Below are positions 13,978 through 25,344 of a DNA stretch of 64,000 nucleotides, piece after piece. Below the pieces are notes generated by a model. It did not search any database, was not told the DNA's origin, and saw only the letters and a program-made list of their open reading frames with translations. The DNA comes from Polymyxa betae A26-41 (taxonomy: Eukaryota > Protista > Endomyxa: Phytomyxea): positions 134,897-198,896 of the forward strand of contig RBZT01000751.1 in NCBI GenBank assembly GCA_003693705.1, given 5' to 3'. How positions within the stretch are numbered: the first letter of the stretch is position 1; each line of letters opens with the position of its first letter. Position numbers and translations under genes: made by a program.

Positions 13978-14724
13978 TCAGGAAAGAGAGAATAGCTGCG
14001 AAGATCGGTGTACCCTCTCACGAGTGAGCGGGTTGACATCGCCGCCGACCTCAAACCACTGTTCCAGCGCTGAACGCTTGTAGAGGAAAACATGGAATCG
14101 ATTGCTCTGATCTTCAGATTGAATCCTTTGAACCAAGGCGACGACATCCCTGTGAATACGTCCTCTTTCGTCGATAATCTCTTCTAACGTTATACTACAG
14201 GATGGAGGCGGATCTCGTGTTAGTTCGGCCACGAGCGCTGATCGAACAGGACGGGGAATTACTTCAGCCAACGAAGGCGTGACTTTAAGATCGTTTACGA
14301 GCACGTCATAGTTCGAGTCTGCATCACCATCATCGTCGCCATATACAACTGGCTCAGGCTCGTCATCCAGACAGCCATGCCAATCATACATGCGAAGAAT
14401 CTCGCGAAATTGCTGAATCAGTTGCTCGCGGTTCTCTTCCGGTAGATCATAGCAGACAATCGACAAGATGCCACGAAATTGTTGTCTGATATTCGTGCGT
14501 TGATTAAAGAATGCTGTCAGAGCGGACTCCAGATACGTCCTCAGCATTGATTGTTGATTCGAACTGAGATCGGTTCGAACACGGCAAATGGCCGCCGTCA
14601 CAATATTCGCCACGACTCGTGTCGTGACGGCAATGGTGGCGTTAGCGGCCAGCTGCCCAGCCCAGTTCACCAAGGTTCTGGCAAGGCTGGGGCTGGAAGA
14701 CGATGACGGGCTCGAAGGGGGCAT
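13978..14724 (-). CDS. Intronless protein with degenerate C-terminal U-box-like domain
   Basis: Single ORF from first ATG at 14724. C-terminus CSITLEEI...LYKRSALEQWF...NPLTRERV resembles the U-box consensus CPI(T/S)L..M...TYERSAIE.W...P.TR. Confidence 0.6.
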   Translation of the reverse strand: MPPSSPSSSSSPSLARTLVNWAGQLAANATIAVTTRVVANIVTAAICRVRTDLSSNQQSMLRTYLESALTAFFNQRTNIRQQFRGILSIVCYDLPEENREQLIQQFREILRMYDWHGCLDDEPEPVVYGDDDGDADSNYDVLVNDLKVTPSLAEVIPRPVRSALVAELTRDPPPSCSITLEEIIDERGRIHRDVVALVQRIQSEDQSNRFHVFLYKRSALEQWFEVGGDVNPLTRERVHRSSQLFSLS

Positions 14725-15201
14725 TTTGTGATTTAAATTCGATTCTCGGCGAATTTCACTTGACGCAATTTCTTGCAAACCCGATCAATAAACAGACGAT
14801 TTCCAGGCCTAAAGCGACAGGCCAAATCTCCAGTTTCGATGAAGCGACTTTTTATAATACTTAGCTGTGGATATGTTGCTTGATTGATTCACGCTTTGAA
14901 TGGTTTTTTACACCAATCGCGTGAGAGATGAAAGTGAAAGTTTGCGTAAATATCAACACCATCGTCGAGTTGGCATAATTTTTCCAAAACCTAAAAAGAC
15001 TCCTGCAACACCGAAACAACCAGCGGAAAAGGGGATCCCAATATCATGCATGAGGTGTTTATTATTGATATGTTCGGACAGCTTCATTCCGTGACAAGCT
15101 TGGCAATGTAACGTAAGCTACGGATTGTTTGAAGCAATCGACATCTTATAATCAATTCGATTCAGAAAGTGCGTCAGTTTAGAAAGTGTTGAGAAAGGAA
15201 C

Positions 15202-16626
15202 ATGTCAGTGCTTATAGAGACGTCGATCGGCGACATTGTTATTGACCTTTTCTGTGAGGATTGCCCTACGACCAGCAAAAATTTCCTCAAGCTGTGCAAG
15301 GTTAAGTATTATAACGTCTGTGTGTTCCATAAAGTCGACACTGGGTTCATTGCCCAGACCGGAGATCCGACCGGCACAGGCTTGCATGGAGACTCAATCT
15401 TCGGCTTGCTATATGGATCTAAGGCCAGATTCTTCAACGATGAAATAAAGCCTAATTTAACACATAAAAAGAAAGGTAATTCCTAGCATTTTTTCGCTTC
15501 TGTTCTGAGAATCTTTGCTGCAAATGTTAATACTTTTTTAACCGTGTTTGTTAGGAACAGTAGCTATGGCATCCGCTGGTCCCAATATGAATGCGAGCCA
15601 GTTTTATATTACTTTAGCAGATGACCTGGATTATCTTGATGGAAATCATACTGTATTCGGAGAGGTTGCCGAAGGCCTCGATATTCTTGACAAACTCTCC
15701 AAAGTTTTCGTCGATGACAACCACCGACCTTTGAAAAATATTCGCATTCGCCATACTGTAATTCTGGACGATCCGTTTCCTGATCCTCCCACCTTGGTCG
15801 TCCCCGATCAGTCACCGATCGCTCCTCAAGATCGCCTCGATGAAGATTATATCGCCAGCGATGATGAGCAACTAGATGCTGAACTGTCGAAAAAATCTCA
15901 GGCTGAGATAGAAGAAGAAATCGCCAAGAAAGAGGAGAGGAACCGCGCCGAGGTCCTCGAGATGCTCGGAGATCTTCCCACAGCTGATTTCATTCCACCT
16001 GAGAACGTACTCTTTGTCTGCAAGTTGAATCCAGTGTAAGAACAGCTCGATATTTTAGTTTTTTTTTGGTTTTTAAACTGGTCTTTAGCACTACTTCAGA
16101 GGACCTCGAGCTCATTTTCTCTCGGTTCGGCACGATCAAGAAATGCGAAGTTATTCGAGACTGGAAGACGAACGATTCACTGCAGTACGCCTTCATCGAG
16201 TTCGAAACCGATAAAGAGTGCGAGCAAGCGTATTCGAAGATGGAGAACGTCCTCATCGACGATCGCCGCATTCATGTTGATTTCTCGCAGAGTGTGGGTG
16301 GATTATGGAACGCATGGCGCCGTGGCGACCAAATGGACAAGAATGACAGGCCTGGGAAGTCGCAGCTTCACTTGAAGCGCACAGGACCAACACCAAATCC
16401 GAAGTATCAGATGGTGTTTGACAATTCCAGCTCGCTCAAGAAGCAGACGAAGATGCATCGGTCTCCGTCACCCAGGCGTCGTCGCTCTATCTCTCCAAAG
16501 AGGCGCCGATCTCCATCTCCTCGACGGCAAAGACGATCACGATCACCTGATGGTAGCCGCAGGAGACTGCCGTCATCATCACACCCTCGACGTCGATCGC
16601 GATCCCCCGATCGGCGAAGAAGGTAA
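15202..16626 (+). CDS. PPIL4: Cyclophilin-RRM-RS protein (PPIL4/CYP59)
   Basis: [41 protein letters not shown]|[27 protein letters not shown] and an RS-rich tail. Confidence 0.95.
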
Positions 16627-16769
16627 ATCATTGTTTCGGTTTCACTGGAATAAATAAGACAGAGATTTCTCTGTTAGCGAAGCTGTAATCGATACTGTTA
16701 ACGGCGGTATTGAAACGACCAGAATTCAGTTTTTCAGCCAACGTCAGGCGATCCGTCAAGTCTTAATTC

Positions 16770-17462
16770 CTACCAGGGTATGATTTTGCCGCTATAATCG
16801 ATCATCTTGCCAGTTGTTTTCTCATTCAACTCGTCGATTCGTTGCATCAACAACTTCGCGCACGAATCGGAATCCATATTTCCGTTTCCCTCGGTCATAT
16901 CGGTCTGCACATAACCCGGATGTAGAATCCCTACGAAGATGCCGCGACCTGCAAAATACTGGCTTAAAGAAACGCTCAACATGTTCAGTGCCGTCTTCGA
17001 CGCTCGATATCCATAATAGCCGCCTGAGGTATTGTCGTCTATCGAGCCCATACGAGAAGTGATCATGACAACCTTAGAGCCCTGATGCAACGATGGCAAT
17101 ATGGAGCGAGTAGCTCGCATTGGGCCGAGAGCGTTGATATTGATCTGCTTGGCGATGTTTTCTTCAAAAGCCTCCTCCTTTTCGAACGAAGCCGGATCTT
17201 GTCGAATCAGAATTCCGGCATTATTGATCATAACATCAACTGGGACATCGGGGCCAATTAGATCACGCAGAGGCGTCTTTAATGGCTCTCCGACGTCGAC
17301 ATCAGGAATGATGGTGATATTCGGCTTTTCCTTCGCCAGCTTTACAAGATCATCGGATGCCTTGCGGCACACAGCAAACACTCGGTCGCCGCGTGTGGCG
17401 AATACCTTGGCCAAGGATAGGCCAATGCCTCGATTCGAGCCTGTGATCACCACATTCACCAT
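16770..17462 (-). CDS. Short-chain dehydrogenase/reductase, CsgA (C-factor)-like, intronless
   Basis: TGSNRGIG Rossmann motif, INNAG, TSRMGSI, catalytic YRASK and HPGYVQTDM. Confidence 0.92.
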   Translation of the reverse strand: MVNVVITGSNRGIGLSLAKVFATRGDRVFAVCRKASDDLVKLAKEKPNITIIPDVDVGEPLKTPLRDLIGPDVPVDVMINNAGILIRQDPASFEKEEAFEENIAKQININALGPMRATRSILPSLHQGSKVVMITSRMGSIDDNTSGGYYGYRASKTALNMLSVSLSQYFAGRGIFVGILHPGYVQTDMTEGNGNMDSDSCAKLLMQRIDELNEKTTGKMIDYSGKIIPW

Positions 17463-17851
17463 ATGTGAGACGATTATGAGAAAAAACCGCGCTCACCTTT
17501 CAGATAGTGTTGTTATCAATAGCCACTCAATAGGAAAATAATCAATCGAACTTCAGATTTTTGTGTCAATGCTCCCTGACACAACCAGTGGTTTTAATAC
17601 AGTGAAGAAAAAAAGGACAGAACATAAACCTATAGCCAACAATTCAAATCTCTGAAATTTTGTAAACTTCGCAAGGTAGTGATGGTAAAATTATAGAATA
17701 GGCACGCCTGATACCGAATGGATGTTGATGAGGACGCCATCGACATCGTGAGTCTTTCCAAACAGTTGCGTTTTTTGATTTTGAGTTTGAGCTTGAGCAA
17801 TACGGAGTCCGTATCGTCGTTGTTGGCGAAGACAAAGTATCTATTGGCATC

Positions 17852-20800
17852 ATGGCGGATTTCTCGGTCTTCGAGGCGGCGGTTCAGACCCAGCCGCTCT
17901 CGGTCGGCGCGTGGATCCGCTATCTCGATACGCAGCGAGACTATGGTGCATCGCATGACCAGCTCTGGCGTCTGTATGAGCGCGCCGTCGCCGCCCTACC
18001 GCTGTCGTATAAAATCTGGACGCGATATCTACACGATCTGTCGTTGGCCGCCAGAAAACGCCCAATCGATTGCGTTAGAGAGATCGCAGCCGATACCATT
18101 TTCGCTTTTGATCGTGCTGTTGCTTGCCTGCCTCACTGCCCTGTCCTATGGCTGCTGTATGCGAAATTTCTATGGCAATTCGGTTTGTGGTTTTCGATGC
18201 TTTTGCCGCTGAAATTAACTCTACCGAAAGGTTTGGTGACAAGATCCAGGCAAACGTTCGATCGAGGTTTGCAATCTGTTCCCGTAACACAGCATCATAT
18301 CATCTGGGAGCGCTATTCGAAATTCGCTTCGGGCGAGTCGGCAATCAACGCTGTTATTCCTGCCAAGATCCCAGCGGAAAGCGCCGTTCGAATCTTTCGT
18401 CGTTATATTCAGATCGAGCCGCAAGCTCGGTCGTTGTTTCTGCAGGTGTTACGACGACGAAAGCGCTATTCGGATCTGATGGCGCTGCTGGCTGATGTCG
18501 TTAGTGACGAGTCGTACATCCCCGACCCCGATGTATCTCGGCTGGATCTCTGGAACGAGCTCTGTAAGCTGCTGGTCGAGCATGCTAAAGATGTGCCTGA
18601 TTCGCTCTCTGCCGAGGCTATATTACGCGCAGGTCAGATTCCCTTTCGCTCTCTGAATCGCCTGTTTGCTGACGCCTCTCTAGGAATGCAAAAGTATTCT
18701 GCTGAGACGGGCTCGCTATGGGTCGCATTAGCTCATTACTACATTCGTCTTGGGCAATTCGAAAAAGCTCGTGACATATTCGAGGAAGGTTTCGAGGCGG
18801 TTCAGACTGTTCGTGATTTCAGTGTCATCTTCGATTCGTATGCGAATTTCGAAGAGAGCATGCTGTCTATGAAAATGGAGTCGAACGAAGATGACGGATT
18901 GAACGAAGCCGACGATGATTTCAACATCGATGCCGACGATGTTGAACTTCGCCTTCTTCGTCTTGAAGTAAATTCCATTTTTGAGGCAACTCTTGCTCGT
19001 GCTCAATCCTCCACAGCATTTGATGAATCGTCGACCTCTTCTGGTTAATACCGTCTTGTTAAAGCAGAATCCTCATAACGTTGCCGAATGGCTTAAACGG
19101 GTTCGCATCGTCGGCGAGAACGATGATGTTGCCGCTGTCGAGTACGTCCGAGTTCTTCAATATGCTTGATGCTTTCTAATCGCAGAACAACAGGGTCTTT
19201 GCAGAAGCCACCAAAGTGATCGATCCGAAAAAAGCAGATGGCAAACTAAGCTCATTATGGATCACATTTGCTTCCCTGTATGAGAACAATCAGGACCTTG
19301 ATAGCGCGCGTCATGTCTATCAAAAGTACGTTTCCATGCCGCTGCCTTCGCTTCATTTCTAAGGTGACCTAGTGCCGTCGCCGTCCCATATCGTACGGTC
19401 GATGAACTGGCCGACGTCTGGTGTGCATGGATCGAGATGGAACTGCGACGCAAACAGTTTAAAGCTGCGCTGGCGCTTTGCCGAAGAGTCACAGCGAGCG
19501 TTCCAAACAAACGCGAGCGTGGCAAAACCGATGCCCATAAACCCGTCCAGCAGCGTGTTTGGAGGAGTACGAAGCTCTGGTCGCTTTATCTCGATCTTGA
19601 AGAGAGTTTTGGAACCTTGGAGTCCGCCAGAGCTGCTTACATGCAGATGATCGAAGTTAAAGTTGCCACTCCGCAAACAATCTTGAACTTCGCATCGTTG
19701 CTAGAATCGCATCGCTTCTTTGAGGTACTATCACCGTACTATGCTTTACTTTTACTGAATTGGTTCATGTAGGAATCATTCCGCGCCTATGAAATGGGTT
19801 TAGCACGGTTCGAGTTTCCTCATGCCATGCCGATTTGGAAAGCATACCTCACGAAGTTCATTGAGAGATATGGCGGGAAGAAACTCGAACGTGCTCGGGA
19901 ATTGTTCGATCAAGCCATCGCCAAGGCCCCTGCTGATGATGCGAAGGTAGTTGCTGATTGATCTGTTCTTCGAGTCTGTGATAACATTACTTCAGGTTTT
20001 GTTCCTGTTGTATGCCAAGCTCGAAGAAGATTATGGCTTGGCACGACACGCTCTAAAAGTCTACGATCGCGCATTGCAGAGGGTTAAGGATGATGATAAG
20101 ATCGAGATATTCCAGATCTATGTCACCAAAGCATCGGAAATGTTCGGAGTTGCCAAGACTCGTGAGATTTACGAGAAGGCTATTCAGACGGTTCCGAGAC
20201 AACTCGTACGATTCGTGATAATGCAATACGCCCAACTGGAACTGAAGCTCGGAGAAGTAAACAGTTTTCCCAATATGATGCTTTTACACTGCTAACTTGA
20301 TGTTTAGATCGATCGTGTCCGGGGTCTCTACAGTTATTGCAGCCAGTTCTGTAATCCGAACATCGACCAACAGTTTTGGGACACGTTCCATCAATTTGAA
20401 GTTCAGCATGGTAATGAAGATACATTCAGAGAAATGCTGAGGATTAGGCGTACTGTTGCTGCCGATATGGTGAGCATTCTTTTTTATCTATCTCAAGTTT
20501 TAATCTTTGATTTTTTAGGCACAGAGTCATTTCGTTCAGTCCGCCGTTGCCCAAGCCCAAGCTCTTGCAAGCGTCGCACAAGGCGAAAAGAATGTCCAAA
20601 TGCCTGTTAATGATGTAATGCCGCATAACTGTGAATTCAACAGAAGCATGACTTTTTTGCAGTTGGAATATCTGGAGATGGAAGCTTCCCTAACGGCACC
20701 AGCCGCGCCCAATCCGGATGAGATCACTCTGGACGAAGAGGAAGAGAAGGATGAAGAGCCTGATATGGAGATCGAACAGAAGGCGATTCCAAGCGAAGTG

Positions 20801-20887
20801 TATGGCAGCGTTAAGCCACCGCAGGAGAAAGAAGCGCCTCCTTCGAAACCAATGGGGGCACTGGCTCGATTCAAAAACAAAATCTAA
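17852..20887 (+). CDS. XAB2: Pre-mRNA splicing factor SYF1/XAB2 (HAT repeats)
   Basis: YERAVAALPLSYKIW, TVRDFSVIFDSYANFEE, LLKQNPHNVAEW, KLWSLYLDLEESFGT, HGNEDTFREMLRIRR, NPDEITLDEE. Confidence 0.95.
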
Positions 20888-20994
20888 ACTAAAAATCCTA
20901 TACCATCCTCCCACTCTGCTTATTACCCGACTTGCGATTGTCTTACTGCTCAAATGCTCAAGCGGAATGTGACAGAATGGGATATCGGGAGTTG

Positions 20995-21009
20995 GGAACA
21001 TTCCAGAGG
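20995..21009 (+). promoter_or_regulatory. Heat-shock-element-like site upstream of Cpn10
   Basis: gGAAcaTTCcaGAGg gives alternating nGAAn units (two perfect, one with a mismatch) about 115 nt before the Cpn10 ATG. Confidence 0.4.
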
Positions 21010-21122
21010 TGTGTTGGGGTCGTGGGCTACACCACGACCCCATCCTATGTTGACAGACGCACTTGTCTTGCGCAGTCCGGTTCCCTTTTCATTTCGATTC
21101 TCAGCTCGCTTTCTAAAACATC

Positions 21123-21485
21123 ATGGTAAGGATTCCAATGGCTTGAGCCAATGTTAGATGTTGGCCTAAACGTGTTTGACAGTCGTCCGTTGTCTCCAAG
21201 GTTAAGCCCTTGCTCGACCGTGTCCTGGTCAAGCGCATCGTCGCCGCCACTCACAGCCCCGGCGGTGTCATGTTGCCGGAGTCGGCCCAGAAACACCTGA
21301 ACCAGGGCGTTGTCGTATCGGTTGGACCCGGACGATTCACCAACGAAGGCAAGCGTGTCGAACCCTCTGTCAAGGCTGGCGACACGGTTCTGTTGCCTGA
21401 ATACGGTGGCAGCACGGTCACCATCGACAAGGAGGACCTGGTCCTTTACCGGGACGAAGACCTGCTCGGCGTAATTGAAAAGTAA
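21123..21485 (+). CDS. HSP10: Mitochondrial 10 kDa chaperonin (first coding exon is ATG only)
   Basis: ATG|gtaag...gacag|TCG TCC... gives MSSVVSKVKPLLDRVLV; also GGVMLPE, VVSVGPG and GDTVLLPEYGG. Confidence 0.93.
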
Positions 21486-21587
21486 TCCACTTTTGTATCT
21501 AAACCTATTCCATTGTCAATGACTAAAAATTTTCCGCCTTTGTGCTACGAATGAGTGAGGTCTTGATAGCGGATAAATCTTCACAGT

Positions 21588-22659
21588 ATGAAGTCGAATG
21601 TTGAGCCCATCATCCGTGCTGGATTCGCCGAGGACTTCGCCGACGTCGGCGACGTTACCACATTGGCCACCATCCCGGATACCTGCGTCTGCCATGGCAC
21701 GCTGCTGGCCAAATCCCCGGGCGTCGTCGCCGGCTTCGAACCTTTTCAGACCGTCTTCGATATGGTCGGTCCCATCTGTTCCAATGAGCCATGACATTAT
21801 AATGCTTAGCTCGATAAACGTGTCGAATGCCGCTGGAACGTGGAAGAAGGCGCCAGAGTGACTGCTGGCACTGTTGTAGCTCACATCTCTGGGCCAGCTC
21901 GAGCTGGTAATCATTTTTGAGACGAAGCAGTTGGTCGCAGTAGAATTTTCCATAACAAAAAATGCAAAAAGAAACGTTTTCGGTTTGTTGAGCCGTTGTC
22001 GTAGTTCTATCAGGTGAGCGTTTAGCTCTAAACCTGATACAGCGAATGTCGGGAATCGCGACCAAGACCCGGTTGATGGTCGATGCGATTGAAACGACCG
22101 GATCTCGCACCGTCTTGCTCGATACTCGTAAGACCGCCCCTGGTCTTCGCGCTCTCGACAAAGCTGCCGTTGTGATCGGCGGCGGTCGTAATCACCGCCA
22201 TGGCCTTTACGATGCCGTCCTTATCAAAGACAACCATATCGCCGTTGCCGGAGGAATCGCCGCCGCCTTCGATCGCGTACAAAGGTTGCTGATCTTGTAG
22301 CTTTATCGCTGTCTGATCCTCATTGCAGGTATCTGAAGGAGACGCGGCGCCCGATGGAGATTGTCATTGAAGCGCAGACGTTAGCTGAGGTCGATGAAGT
22401 TCTCGCTTTAGACGACGGCGTCACCCGAATTCTTCTCGACAATATGATTCGGATCGATAACGGCGTTGTCAACACGACCATGCTGGAGGCGGCGATCGCT
22501 CACATTGGCGATCGTATCCCGACAGAGGCCTCTGGCAACATCACCCAGGCAACGGTCGGCGCCGTCGCTCGAACCGGTGTCGATTTCATCTCGAGTGGTG
22601 AGCTGACGCATTCGGTCGTGGCCATGGATCTCTCGTTAAAGATCGTCATCGATCAATAA
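21588..22659 (+). CDS. QPRT: Quinolinate phosphoribosyltransferase (nicotinate-nucleotide pyrophosphorylase)
   Basis: [63 protein letters not shown]; three introns. Confidence 0.95.
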
Positions 22660-22687
22660 AACCAGCTGGGTACCAATCTGATCGTTA

Positions 22688-23107
22688 ATGGAGGGCGGCG
22701 ATCAGGCCCGCCTGCGCTCCTTCTTAGGCGAACTCGGCCATGAATTACGTCAAGCCCGCAACGATTTCGACGAGATCAGTCGTCAAGCCGATCTGATTCT
22801 GATCCAGAGCCCTCCGCCACCACCTGACAAACCCAACCTGTTGCGAAAGTACATCGAACCGAGGCGAACGTTGCGACGCCGATCGTCGACGACCGTTCGG
22901 TTTGGTGATGAGTTCGAGCAGCTGAAAGCGGCCATCGCACAGCTCGGTGATACAAACTCAATCGAGGCGGTCGAGCGAAGAATGCGCGAGGTGAACGATC
23001 CGTTCACGACGCAGATCGCCTGCGAACGGCGACGGATGCAGCTGGCGGCTGGCGCCTGCATCGCAGCTCTGGGCCGCTTACAGACCTGCATCGAGAAGCA
23101 GAGATAA
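22688..23107 (+). CDS. Small coiled-coil hypothetical protein
   Basis: 139-aa ATG ORF filling the gap between QPRT and MVD; helical/coiled-coil character; family not recognised. Confidence 0.55.
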   Translation: MEGGDQARLRSFLGELGHELRQARNDFDEISRQADLILIQSPPPPPDKPNLLRKYIEPRRTLRRRSSTTVRFGDEFEQLKAAIAQLGDTNSIEAVERRMREVNDPFTTQIACERRRMQLAAGACIAALGRLQTCIEKQR

Positions 23108-23121
23108 TTTATTCGATAAAC

Positions 23122-24333
23122 TCACGACACAATCGGTCCAGGGCCGACCTTCGTCACGATCATCTGCTGAACGCGACTGCCGCTGACGAAGACGTCGTTC
23201 GCCGTCGGCCGTAGCTGCGGCAATAAGCGCAGCGGATCCCGGACCCATTCGTCGACGGCGGCCTCGATCGGGCGGAAACGCTCCAACAGAAAGGCGGCCA
23301 GTTCGCCCAGGTCACGGTCGCGCGCGAAAATGCAGGCATTGGGGCCGGCGTCGAACGTGTACGCAGCGCGAACGGCGCCGTCGTTGAACCGATGGACGGC
23401 GTCGATGATGGCGTGCGAGGTCGAGTTCAGGTAGAAGATGGGCGGGTACGTATCCGCGCAGACCGCATGGAACTGGTTGCTATCGCGCATGGTCAGGACG
23501 GCGAACGATTCGAAATCGCGCAGGCCGATGGCGCGGCGGAACGCCTCCATCCGTTCGGGAACCACGACCTCGGCTCGATGGCGCAGCAGCGCCGACGTCG
23601 ACGTCGATCGCCGCATGCCGACCGTACTGCCGACGGCTTTCGCGGCATCGCTGACGACGAGGATCAAGACGCGCAGCTCGGGCCAGTACGATTCCGGGAC
23701 GACGGGGACGGCGACGGACGGCGTCCGGCGCGCCCATTGGACGAATCCGCCGTGCATACTGCGGCAGGCGCTGCCGGAACCCTGGCGGGCGATGGCGGAG
23801 ATCTGCCCCGGGTATTGCTCGCGACATTCGTAGAGCTTACAGAGAGCGGCAGCTGTGAGGTAGGGTTTGGGTTGGGGTGATGGGGTCGGATTGGGTCTTA
23901 CTCAGGCAGGCGTAGCCGCTGGCTGATGAAGCCAGACCAGCCGCTGTTGGGAAATCGTTGCGGCATTCGAGATGGAGCTGGACTCGAGACCAGTCGCCGC
24001 CAATCTGTTCAGGACAGACGCCGGCGATAGAACGACATTCTCGTAGTACCGCTTGCAAACGAGAATTCGACTCAATATCGACCTCTCTGACGACGATAAT
24101 CAAACCGAGAAAAGCTTATAAAAAATGCCATACTTTCCGTTGAGAGTCATTCGATGAGATGCGAAACGATCTGATGCTGTGACAATGATAGAGGACGCCA
24201 TACAATCAACATGGAGTGTGGCGCTGAGCGAATCATGAAGTGGGATGACGGCGTCCTCATCCGATTTGCCCCAGTATTTCAGGACGGCCATGTTGATCGG
24301 CGCCCGGCATCGGACGACGATCTCTCCAGACAT
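23122..24333 (-). CDS. MVD: Diphosphomevalonate decarboxylase
   Basis: APINMAVLKYWGK, NDFPTAAGLASSASGYA, ARQGSGSACRSMHGGFVQW, DSNQFHAVC, AYTFDAGPNA. Confidence 0.96.
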
Positions 24334-24453
24334 GTCGGAAATGCGGGCGTCTTGAGGACCAGCGCCGCCAACACGGTTCGTGCCCGACCGGATCCAATCT
24401 GATGGCTTTGATAGGAAGGGGCGTCATGGAGCGACAAACGGCTGTTTCATTGA

Positions 24454-24663
24454 CAAAAAAAATCTTTTTTTGTTTATTTTGTATTTTTTCGAAAAATTGC
24501 GCGTAAATATCTCCTAGCGGCGACCTTGCGATGGGCGCCGTTCCCATAAAAATTACAAAACAAATGTTGATATTTTTTTGAACAATTGCGGCGATTTTCT
24601 CATTGCATTGGTGAGCTGTTTTCTGGCGTTTACTGCGGCGACGTTGCGATGGGTGCCGTTCCC
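24454..24663. repeat. Degenerate tandem duplication (about 100-120 nt unit) in the MVD/Erv1 divergent promoter
   Basis: gcggcgaccttgcgatgggcgccgttccc (24517-24545) recurs as gcggcgacgttgcgatgggtgccgttccc (24635-24663). Each copy is preceded by a tatttttt(c/t)gaa(a/c)aattgcg element. Confidence 0.7.
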
Positions 24664-25295
24664 GCTCCCGACCAGGAGCCATGCCGGATTTGCGACGACA
24701 TGAAGGATTTCCTGGCGAAGCGTGGTTTCAGGCTGCCGCCACCCAGCTCGCCCGCTCATGTATGCCGATGGTTCGCTCGAGTCGGGGTGCTAACGGCCGG
24801 ACCAGGACGAGAAGGTCGACGATAACGCCACCAAGGTCCCTGATCACAACACAGGCGGCGGCGGTATCGTCGAATGTCCATTAGATCGACCCACCCTGGG
24901 GCGGTATTCCTGGGCGATGCTGCATACAATGGCGGCCTATTACCCAACGAATCCGACCAAATCGGATCAGACCGCCATGACCGATTTCATGCATCGATTC
25001 GCCCAGGTAAACGAAAAGCACTTTCTCATTCGTTTGTCCAACTGATCTGTTCTTACCGTCATTTGTCTTTTGTCGTTCGTTTTTATTCATTCTTTGTTGG
25101 CAGTTCTATCCATGTGCGACCTGTGCTAAACATCTTCGTCAAGATTTGAAATCGTATCCGCCCGAGACCACCTCCCGCCATCTGTTCTCGCAATGGATGT
25201 GCCAGCTGCACAATCGCGTCAATCGCCGCCTCGGCAAGCCTCTTTTCGATTGCAACAAAGTCGAGGAACGGTGGCGTACTGGACCGCCCTGCTAG
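24649..25295 (+). CDS. ERV1: FAD-linked sulfhydryl oxidase Erv1/ALR
   Basis: N-terminal shuttle PCRIC; [24 protein letters not shown]; FYPCATCA redox motif; [20 protein letters not shown]. Not captured as a single ORF in the track. Confidence 0.93.
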
Positions 25296-25344
25296 TTCCA
25301 TCTGTCCGAACACGTATTACATATTTTTCTAATTTATCTGTTTG

